Of a DNA stretch of 64,000 nucleotides, positions 16,100 to 23,190 are shown piece after piece (position 1 is the first letter of the stretch; every line of letters begins with the position of its first letter). Origin of the DNA: a virus; IMG/VR virus record IMGVR_UViG_3300036770_006434, positions 32,001 to 96,000 of that record; one strand, written 5' to 3'. The notes under the pieces are model-generated. The model saw only the letters and a program-made list of their open reading frames with translations, did not search any database and was not told the origin of the DNA. Position numbers and translations under genes: made by a program.

Positions 16100-16104
16100 G
16101 AAAT

Positions 16105-16180
16105 TGGGGGCTCAGGCGGGATTTTCACCCGCAACCTTCTCCGTATGATGGAGCCGCGCTGGACATTGCGCCACTGAGCC
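16105..16180 (-). tRNA. tRNA-Met(CAT)
   Basis: CTCC-ATCATAC-GGAG; GGCTCAG acceptor; CCA. Confidence 0.7.
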
Positions 16181-16198
16181 GTGAAAGGAAATTGTCCT

Positions 16199-16438
16199 TC
16201 AATTATATAGCCACACATGGTCCTTAACCTCCCGTGGCATGGGCGCGCTGTCCGGGTCCTCCACCACTGCGCCCAGAGCCCGACGGACCTTGGCTTTGCG
16301 CCCCTTAGAGAGATACTCTTTGGCCGCGCGGCTGGGTTTGTGGTGGGGTTTGCCGTCCATGCGCGCTTCTTGCACCTCTTTGGCGGTTGGCTTGTAGCGA
16401 GAGACATCGAGAGGATCGCGGCGGCGGGTGTTGCTCAT
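16199..16438 (-). CDS. basic hypothetical protein
   Basis: 79-aa ORF with GGAG-type RBS. Confidence 0.6.
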   Translation of the reverse strand: MSNTRRRDPLDVSRYKPTAKEVQEARMDGKPHHKPSRAAKEYLSKGRKAKVRRALGAVVEDPDSAPMPREVKDHVWLYN

Positions 16439-16475
16439 AGGAGTGGGTGATAGGTTTCGGTTAGAGTATAGAGCG

Positions 16476-16751
16476 CTAAAACCTGTTTAGTGCGGCCATC
16501 ATTCTCTGGCGCCCCACCGGGTTAGCCGAATGCACGGTAACGCGCGGCGGCGCAAAACCCCTTGTGAGCACCGCTTCCTCCAACCACAGGACAACATCAT
16601 AACCGTCTCCATTACATTCGTCGCCCAGATCGTGGTCGAGGCTCAGGTCGGTAACCTCACCGGTTTGCAACAGGGCGATGGTCTGCTCTGGGGTGTAGGT
16701 TCGGGTCCAGCCGGAAGGGGTGGGGCGGAGGTCATCTAGGTAGACTTTCAT
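16476..16751 (-). CDS. cyclic-phosphate-processing receiver-domain protein
   Basis: KVYLDD.RPTP.GW, SLDHDLG, G.GYD, VHSANPVGR..M. Confidence 0.85.
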   Translation of the reverse strand: MKVYLDDLRPTPSGWTRTYTPEQTIALLQTGEVTDLSLDHDLGDECNGDGYDVVLWLEEAVLTRGFAPPRVTVHSANPVGRQRMMAALNRF

Positions 16752-16841
16752 TGAGGTGGAGTAGGTTAAAGGCTGGCCGCGCCAGTGTGTCAAGCACTGA
16801 CGGGGCCGAAAACTCACTGTGCGCGTGGAACAGGAGCTAAG

Positions 16842-16928
16842 TGGCTGGGGCGGCAGGATTTTAACCTGCAAGTCTTTTCAGACGGTAGGTTCAAAGCCTA
16901 CTGCGTTTAACGGTTCCGCCACGCCCCA
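16842..16928 (-). tRNA. tRNA-Gln(TTG) with extended V arm
   Basis: TGGGGCG/CGCCCCA-G-CCA; GTAGG-CTTTGAA-CCTAC. Confidence 0.8.
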
Positions 16929-17161
16929 GTGAATTTACCACAAATCCCTTTAGCTCGGTTTCGCACTTGGACGCGAGACTAGACCGACTCGCCCTTACGC
17001 GCCACGGGAGGGGATCAACATAGCGGGGTTAGCCGCTGTGGTAAAGATGGCCAAGGCCCAGTCCATCAGTATTGCGCTATGCGCGAGCGGGAGTCGAACC
17101 CGTCCGCTAGGGGACTTGCACCCCGCTGCATGATGGAACGAGACCGTCTCGTCCTTGAAAT

Positions 17162-17254
17162 TGGCTGCTCCGGCAGGGAACGATCCTGCAATATCCTTGT
17201 AAGGGTCTTCTGCTTAACGGGCAGTGGCTTTACGCAGTTTTAAGCTACAGAGCA
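17162..17254 (-). tRNA. tRNA-Asn(GTT) with extended V arm
   Basis: CTGC-CCGTTAA-GCAG; TGCTCTG/CGGAGCA-G-CCA. Confidence 0.7.
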
Positions 17255-17260
17255 ATGAAA

Positions 17261-17338
17261 TGGTGCGCGCTAGAGGACTCGAACCTCTGATGATGCCGAC
17301 GTGTAGGGTCGGAGCAGTCGCCGCTGTGCCAAGCGCGC
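17261..17338 (-). tRNA. tRNA-Val(TAC)
   Basis: CCGAC-CCTACAC-GTCGG; canonical GGTTCGAGTCC; CCA. Confidence 0.8.
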
Positions 17339-17387
17339 AAATGAGATTGATTCCGTATCAGGGAGAATCGGCTGTCGTTCTACAAAG

Positions 17388-17468
17388 TGGCGATTACGAC
17401 GGGGCTCGCACCCGCTACATAACGCACGCGTGACAGGCGTGGGCCTCGGCTTCTTCGGCTTCGTAATC
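17388..17468 (-). tRNA. tRNA-Asp(GTC)
   Basis: CACGC-CTGTCAC-GCGTG; GATTACG/CGTAATC-G-CCA. Confidence 0.8.
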
Positions 17469-17531
17469 GTGAAAATAAACAGGCGTCCTATCCGTTATGC
17501 CAACGGCCCCAGCTTGCCGTCCCACATGTAG

Positions 17532-17579
17532 GGTGGCGCGCCTTAATGATGGACTCTGACTGGACTGAGCTAACGCGCC
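17532..17579 (-). ncRNA. truncated tRNA (acceptor stem plus D arm only)
   Basis: GGCGCGT-TAGCTCAG...AGAGT-short linker-GCGCGCC-ACC; no anticodon or T arm. Confidence 0.45.
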
Positions 17580-17591
17580 GGAAAACCAAAT

Positions 17592-17822
17592 TTAGCGCCA
17601 ACTCAGTTTGCGCTTTCCGTTTAGCGACGTGATATACAATCGTCCGAACAATCGAACTACCCAACATTCACCTTCTCTGATGTATATCCAATTTTTTAGC
17701 CCCCGTATTACGACCGAATCTCCATCTCGAAGACAGAGCCAGTGACTGAAAAGCATAACAAGGAGGGTATCGTTTTGGGTAAGCCAACAATGGCCGCGTG
17801 GGATGGGAGTATGTATAGACAT
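17592..17822 (-). CDS. hypothetical protein
   Basis: 76-aa AT-rich ORF between tRNAs. Confidence 0.5.
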   Translation of the reverse strand: MSIHTPIPRGHCWLTQNDTLLVMLFSHWLCLRDGDSVVIRGLKNWIYIREGECWVVRLFGRLYITSLNGKRKLSWR

Positions 17823-17847
17823 AAAATAAATGTGTATTATATTAAGA

Positions 17848-17923
17848 TGGTCAGTCCGGCTGGTATCGCGCCAGCTTAAATCCTAGTCCCAAACTAGGTG
17901 CCTCACTTTTCGGCCACGGACTG
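17848..17923 (-). tRNA. tRNA-Pro(TGG)
   Basis: CCTAG-TTTGGGA-CTAGG; CAGTCCG/CGGACTG-A-CCA. Confidence 0.85.
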
Positions 17924-18047
17924 TAAAGATTGCCCACCCCGTTGCGCGCGAGGTGGGCTTCTCAAACGCCGCCCAAGGACGAGGAAACAAGATCGTCCTA
18001 CATGGGTTTGTCTCTTGATGACTGGGTGCGTTATATCGAAAGATTGC

Positions 18048-18118
18048 AAGCAGGTTGTGGTATCGCGCCACACGAGCCGCGACCTTATGAGAGTCCGGCG
18101 CACCTTGTGCTACCTGCC
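18048..18118 (-). tRNA. tRNA-Met/Ile2(CAT)
   Basis: GACT-CTCATAA-GGTC; GGCAGGT/ACCTGCT; GCGCGATA-type T loop; no CCA. Confidence 0.6.
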
Positions 18119-18403
18119 ATGTAAATTTAGAGGGGAGAGCAGCCCTCGGCATCCCGCGTCCGGTCCGCGCGCCGCTCTCCCCGTTATTGTCTATCTGATG
18201 TTACCGATCCTTGCGGTAGTCATTGTCGAAAATCACGACAATTCCTAGGCAAGCGAACAGGGCTACGAATGCGAGCATTGGTAAGCGCCTTTCTGTCCTT
18301 CGTCTGCGGTCCCGTGGGAGCGCGCAGGGGTTTGCTATATTCCTGATTCCGCACGCTTCAACGGGTGAAACCACCGGCCAAAGTGAGTGTGGGAGGAAAT
18401 GGA

Positions 18404-18529
18404 TTTGAGCGGGCTGGGCGCTAAACCAGCTGGGCAGGCCCCACATGCATGGCGACATCGTCTAATGCTGCCGGTTCGATTCGTTCGCCACGCTTCAGGA
18501 CTGTGTGTCTGCTTTCCACACCGCCGCTC
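18404..18529 (-). ncRNA. tRNA-like RNA with expanded central domain
   Basis: GAGCGG/CCGCTC acceptor; GGTGTGGAAAGCAGACAC D-like arm; GCTGG..CCAGC T-like arm; about 70-nt middle. Confidence 0.4.
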
Positions 18530-18538
18530 AAATTGATC

Positions 18539-19078
18539 CCGGGTTCGTTCGGAGGTTAGAAGACCGTGTTAGCGAAGTTTTTTAACTCTTTCTGTAGCTC
18601 AAGGGACAGAGGATAGTGAGTTAAAGAACAGACTGACTGGTCGGCCGGGGTCGTAACCCGTTTTTATCGCCGACCATTTACCTACGAACGAACCCGGAAA
18701 AATGTTTTGCCAACCGGGCGGATTGTAGCACTCGGGCACTAGACCCCGGGCCACCTTGAACCGCCTAGTCTATTCGGATCGCGGCCTGATCAGGACTGCC
18801 ACGGCTTCGGGCCGAAGCATCGGACCCACGGAGACTTACTAACGTTGCCAAATGGGGCGTGCCACTGTTGGCGGCACACCTTGTAGCCGGCTGTTATCCC
18901 ACCCGGCGGCGGTTGACAAAAGGTTTTGAGCGGTCCCTAAGTTCGGCAAGGGGTCTATGGGTAAGCCCCAGACTTCGACTCCGGTTTGCTACATCCTGCG
19001 TCTTGTGGCCACGCCACGCAGTGTCTCGCCTCTCGGTGGGAATCCTCGGCCGGTCGCTGTGAAAAGCGCCGCTCAAAA
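18539..19078. ncRNA. three consecutive stem-closed structured elements (18539-18697, about 18705-18921, about 18924-19078)
   Basis: terminal IRs CCGGGTTCGTTCG/CGAACGAACCCGG, TTTTGCCAACCG/CGGTTGACAAAA and TTTTGAGCGG/CCGCTCAAAA; no credible ORF. Confidence 0.45.
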
Positions 19079-19139
19079 TGGTGCCCCCTTTTCTCCCTAG
19101 TAACGAGCAGCTGTTCTCGCTGGGAAGAGGGCAAAAATA

Positions 19140-19229
19140 TGGCTAGGACGGTGGGTATCGCGCCCACATCGCGGGTTGCCCCGCTTGCCGGATTTGGAGT
19201 TCGGTGCATTTCTTGTCTGCCACGTCCTA
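19140..19229 (-). tRNA. tRNA with CCA (Trp) anticodon, long V arm and G73
   Basis: TAGGACG/CGTCCTA-G-CCA; CTCCAAA loop; V arm GCGGG-GCAA-CCCGC. Confidence 0.7.
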
Positions 19230-19398
19230 ATGAAAATTGATCCCCGCAGCAAGTGTCGCCCAACGGGCTATCCTGCACCGAAGATATCCTACTTTGCAAA
19301 CCTCGGATAAATGGGAGGTTGATTTCGGGCCGTCTTACAGGGAACGGCTGGCTTTGTGTCCGGCATCGTCCTGTAAACGCGCCGTAGTTTGTCCAAGA

Positions 19399-19473
19399 TG
19401 GTGGTCCCAGCAGGATTTTCGCCTGCAACCTGACAGAAATCAACTGTCTACTCTGGATTTGAGCTATGGGACC
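19399..19473 (-). tRNA. tRNA-Ile(GAT)
   Basis: GACAG-TTGATTT-CTGTC; TAGCTCA D arm; CCA. Confidence 0.7.
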
Positions 19474-19543
19474 GTAAATGGCTGGATGGTTCTTTATTCC
19501 TTACGCCTTCCAGTGTGCGGTCCATTTGGAGTAATGGACAAAG

Positions 19544-19630
19544 TGGTGGGCTAGACAGGACTCGCACCTGTGGAGGACCGAAGTCCGGGGCGTTTACAGC
19601 GCCCTGCAATAGCTGCTATGCGACTAACCC
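19544..19630 (-). tRNA. tRNA-Tyr(GTA)
   Basis: GGGCG-CTGTAAA-CGCCC; V arm GGAC-TTCG-GTCC; CCA. Confidence 0.9.
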
Positions 19631-19635
19631 GAAGA

Positions 19636-19710
19636 TGGAGCAGTGCAAGGGGGTCGAACCCTCGTGATTCTGATTGGAAATCAGATGCATAACCGTTCTG
19701 CCAACACTGC
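19636..19710 (-). tRNA. tRNA-Gly(TCC)
   Basis: TCTGA-TTTCCAA-TCAGA; GGTTCGAC; CCA. Confidence 0.9.
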
Positions 19711-19715
19711 GAAAT

Positions 19716-19789
19716 TGGTGGACCGCCACGGTTACTCTCCGTGGACTGTGAGATGCAAACTCACCGTGATGATATTTCACCAGCGGCCC
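19716..19789 (-). tRNA. tRNA-Ala(TGC)
   Basis: GTGAG-TTTGCAT-CTCAC; G3:U70 pair; CCA. Confidence 0.8.
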
Positions 19790-19940
19790 AAAATGGCACC
19801 GAGTAGGGTTCTTAACCCGTTCAGCCATGTGCTTTAGACTGTTAGGACTCGGTTTCCTCACGTCCCTTGCGCTTTGCCTTGTCGGCACGCTACCCCGATA
19901 GACGCCTGCTGAGGCACTAAAATCCGGGAGGGGGAAAGGA

Positions 19941-20015
19941 TGGAGACGCGTAGAGGATTTTCGCCTCTGTGGAACAGGATTGCAATCTGTCGCTTAGATA
20001 CTCAGCCAACGCGTC
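19941..20015 (-). tRNA. tRNA-Cys(GCA)
   Basis: ACAGA-TTGCAAT-CCTGT; U73; CCA. Confidence 0.8.
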
Positions 20016-20021
20016 GTAAAG

Positions 20022-20096
20022 TGGTAGTCCCGTCGGGTATCCAGCCCGCTTCATCGGCTTAAAAGGCCGCTGCTCATGCGCTAAAGCTTCGGGACT
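20022..20096 (-). tRNA. tRNA-Lys(TTT)
   Basis: CGGC-CTTTTAA-GCCG; AGTCCCG/CGGGACT-A-CCA. Confidence 0.75.
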
Positions 20097-20205
20097 ATAG
20101 AATGGCGGCTGTGACTCTCCAGCGTTGTCAAGCCTACCCTCCCCAGTTGGAACCGGTTGCGGACTTCAATCCGAGAGCGACTCGGCGTGCGGGCTTTCGC
20201 AAAAA

Positions 20206-20280
20206 TGGTAGCCTAGGAGGGTGCTACCCCCTCTACTGAAACTTGAAAGGTTTCCGAGATAGTTGATTCTCCACTAGGCC
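20206..20280 (-). tRNA. tRNA-Glu(TTC)
   Basis: GAAAC-CTTTCAA-GTTTC; GGCCTAG/CTAGGCT-A-CCA. Confidence 0.75.
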
Positions 20281-20908
20281 GTAAAATGAAAGCTGGAAAC
20301 CGGGAATATCTTATACCCCACGGATTTCCAGCCGTTTTTCTTACCCCGATGCCTCACCGCGTGTCCCAGCGGCCTATTGGCTGTTGCGTCCGTTCGGGTA
20401 AACGGGCTTTTAATGATTCAATGATCGTGTTCAAGAAACTGGCCGCCGGGTCGGCGGGAAACGCCCTTAACCGGAGGCTTAATCTCTTGGAAATCTGGTA
20501 ATGAACGAACTGACCTGATCCTTATCTGCTGCCTATCTTACTCCTTTTGCGGCCCCAGTCAATGACTTTCTTCAAAAAACTGAACCCCGGTGCTTTTTAC
20601 GGCTTCCGGGGTTCTTGGGGGAGACTTTGCTATCCTATCTCTGTCGGTTGAATTTCTATGGCTTCTGCTCTTTTGCTCCCCCTACTAACCCCGATACCCG
20701 TCTTCCGGGCGATTACCGGGAAACGAATTGGCGCATGCCCACAATGGACTTGTGGTAATACGCTCTCTTTTGGACTGTTGTGATTTGAGGGGCACTTGGA
20801 AATGGTGTCTGCAAATATGCGTTACACAGGAATCTGGGTGAGTTATGAAAATATTTTCAGAATCCCGCCGCATTCACGGATTCAAAGCATTGGGCGCACA
20901 TGTTTCTA

Positions 20909-21331
20909 TCATGCCATGGTCAATTCCGGGTTTTCATGGATATTGCCGATAACCTCGGTGGTTTCTTTTGTGGAGTAGTCTCCCCCGACGCGAAAACCGG
21001 ATACGCCGCCAAATCCGTCAAAACTCTGTTCCCATTCAACGGCCATCGTGTCGTAATGCGCTTCTCCCAATCCCGGAGTTTCTCTGGGATAGCGGACGAT
21101 ATCCCCTTCATACACTTCAACTCCGTTCTTATCCAGAACGCCGGTAAACTGTTCCACCACATACTTGGATTCAGGCGAGTATATGGCAACCATCAGGAAT
21201 GGCACATACGGCGGCTGGCCCGGAATCATTTCTTGCGAAAGGCCGACCACGGACCACATCACGGTGGGCTCCAGATATTTTGCGGCTTGGGTATCCCAAA
21301 CGCGGAATTTGATAGGTCTTTTCGTGTTCAT
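20909..21331 (-). CDS. YopX family protein
   Basis: IKFRVWD, QFTG.LDKNG.E.YEGDIV, EVIGNIHENPEL. Confidence 0.9.
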   Translation of the reverse strand: MNTKRPIKFRVWDTQAAKYLEPTVMWSVVGLSQEMIPGQPPYVPFLMVAIYSPESKYVVEQFTGVLDKNGVEVYEGDIVRYPRETPGLGEAHYDTMAVEWEQSFDGFGGVSGFRVGGDYSTKETTEVIGNIHENPELTMA

Positions 21332-21831
21332 GTGTTATTCATCGGTTCCCAACTCTGCCCCTTTGTAAAAGAAGCGTCTCGCGGCAAAACACGGTCTATC
21401 GTGATAAGTTTTCCTCTTTCATCCCGAAAAGACAAAGATACGGTGGGCTTATCCGAGTCCAGATGCCACGGATTATCTGGAACATCCGTGATTGTGGCGG
21501 CATATTTTTTACACGAATGCGAGTAATACAGGACATCTTCGCCTATCCAGTTGGACGACCCCTTCTTGTTGATCGGTTTGTCGCCTTTGTAATTCAAAGC
21601 CCTGTCTATGGCGGAGATAGCGGACATCAGGAATCCCTCCCGCTCGTTTACCTCAAAGGAACCGTCTCCATGCGGTCTGGCCTCATACACGGTTTTGCCG
21701 CCAAACGGGGTTTCGGCTGTAAAACGACCGTGGCGTAGGCGCAAATAGCCCACCTCCTTATCGCCCAGATACACGTTATACTGCTCCGGGCATGAGCCGC
21801 CGCCTTCCAGTCTGTAGTTACCGATTTGCAT
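21328..21831 (-). CDS. phage hypothetical protein
   Basis: 167-aa ORF; CPEQY.V...VGYLRLRHG motif. Confidence 0.7.
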   Translation of the reverse strand: MQIGNYRLEGGGSCPEQYNVYLGDKEVGYLRLRHGRFTAETPFGGKTVYEARPHGDGSFEVNEREGFLMSAISAIDRALNYKGDKPINKKGSSNWIGEDVLYYSHSCKKYAATITDVPDNPWHLDSDKPTVSLSFRDERGKLITIDRVLPRDASFTKGQSWEPMNNT

Positions 21832-21842
21832 GAAATGGAATC

Positions 21843-22166
21843 TTAAAACCCCGCAGCCTTCAAGTCCATCACTGCTTCCGGCAATCTCTCAATCGGCAGG
21901 TCCACAATGACTTGCGCATCTTCCTTGAATGGATACCAGCTCAAGGTAAAAGTCTTTTTGTCTGCCGGCACAATGATCATCGCACAATAACGGGCAATCT
22001 TCGGGTCATTGACCAAGGATTTGACGTAGCCCGGCTTGCTGGCTATCTTGATAAACCAGTAAACCGTAGAAAGGTCGGTCTGGATAATCTTCTCGGGCGT
22101 CAGTTTGGCTAGAGCGGCGGTCGGCGTAATAGCCGTGGGGGCGGCTTGGACTAGAGACTCGGTCAT
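21843..22166 (-). CDS. hypothetical protein
   Basis: 107-aa ORF, ATGA overlap. Confidence 0.6.
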   Translation of the reverse strand: MTESLVQAAPTAITPTAALAKLTPEKIIQTDLSTVYWFIKIASKPGYVKSLVNDPKIARYCAMIIVPADKKTFTLSWYPFKEDAQVIVDLPIERLPEAVMDLKAAGF

Positions 22167-22555
22167 TTTAGTTTTGCGATCCTAGCCACTAGCTCGTCCT
22201 GCATAAGTTTTCCTTCTGGGTCCCCAGCGGCAACTCGAATTTCGGCCAAAAGGGAAAGGAGGGAGAAAACAGTATCCTGCTCTTCCTTCAGTTCCTTCTC
22301 CAGTTCCTCGGCTCTATCCTGCCAAGTCTCGGCACAGCCGCCGTGGTCCCAGCCATCGTCCCGTCGCCAGACTAGGCGATTGATGGACAATGGTGCTTCC
22401 GGTCCCGTGTATATGATGCCGGCCGCAGCGCAGGCGTATCTCTCGATTTCGATACGAATTTTCTCTTCCAACTCTGGCCCGACAAACTCGGGGTTACGTG
22501 CAAATCCCACCAGTTCAGCGGCGACGGCGGCGGAGGTGTGCGGGTAAATAGGCAT
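22163..22555 (-). CDS. hypothetical protein
   Basis: 130-aa ORF with a coiled-coil segment. Confidence 0.6.
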   Translation of the reverse strand: MPIYPHTSAAVAAELVGFARNPEFVGPELEEKIRIEIERYACAAAGIIYTGPEAPLSINRLVWRRDDGWDHGGCAETWQDRAEELEKELKEEQDTVFSLLSLLAEIRVAAGDPEGKLMQDELVARIAKLK

Positions 22556-22563
22556 AGCAGCAG

Positions 22564-22938
22564 TTACGCTTCAATCCCTCTCTCCTTGGATACAATCTTG
22601 CGCACTTCCCCGTTCAAAAACATGACCATGAGTTCGGCACTGTCCGGGCTCCAAAAACACTTGGAGTCATCCTCCGAGACATCTTCCCGTTCGTCGTGAT
22701 TGCCACGGACCGGATCGTAGGCAGCGTAGCCGACAGAGTTCTGTTCCCGATTCCAGCCGATAATGCCGAAATTCTCGTAGCCCTGAGAGTCCTTGGAGAA
22801 AACAAAAAAGGCGTCGGGGTTTTGATCATCCTGCTCGATAGCGTGCATAACCCCTTGGGAGTCAAGGCTATCCTCGATATACCGGATGACGTTCTGGACC
22901 TCTTCGCGGCAGGGGAGGTAATTCCATTCCCGGCTCAT
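22564..22938 (-). CDS. hypothetical acidic protein
   Basis: 124-aa ORF, ATGA overlap. Confidence 0.6.
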   Translation of the reverse strand: MSREWNYLPCREEVQNVIRYIEDSLDSQGVMHAIEQDDQNPDAFFVFSKDSQGYENFGIIGWNREQNSVGYAAYDPVRGNHDEREDVSEDDSKCFWSPDSAELMVMFLNGEVRKIVSKERGIEA

Positions 22939-23177
22939 TTGGACTGCCCTCCGATTGACTCGGCTTTGAGGGACGCCAGAATATTGGCCTGCAAGTTCGC
23001 GCCGAACTCCCCGGCCCGATGCCAGAACACTTCCTTGACCACGTCTTTGGTGACCGCGTCTACGAGTTGGACTGATTTTGAGGTAAACCTCGCGCCGTAA
23101 GGGCCGGACTGGTCGGCTTTATCCAAGAGTTCGGCGACATCGGCTGGAATTTGCAGGTCTTCGGTTGATTGTGTCAT
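22935..23177 (-). CDS. hypothetical protein
   Basis: MTQSTED start just downstream of dnaE. Confidence 0.55.
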   Translation of the reverse strand: MTQSTEDLQIPADVAELLDKADQSGPYGARFTSKSVQLVDAVTKDVVKEVFWHRAGEFGANLQANILASLKAESIGGQSK

Positions 23178-23190
23178 ATTTTGCGGTGGT

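Noticed and set aside
17070-17160. Additional tRNA with a GGTTCGACTCC T arm
   Set aside because: No matching 5' acceptor strand or anticodon arm could be folded; at most a remnant.
18885-18905. GGGATAACAG match to the 23S rRNA peptidyl-transferase region
   Set aside because: Only about 10 nt match and the flanks do not continue; no rRNA gene is present.
19794-19853. CCA-ended tRNA-like unit
   Set aside because: An acceptor-like stem is present but there is no assignable anticodon or D arm, so it was not called as a tRNA.
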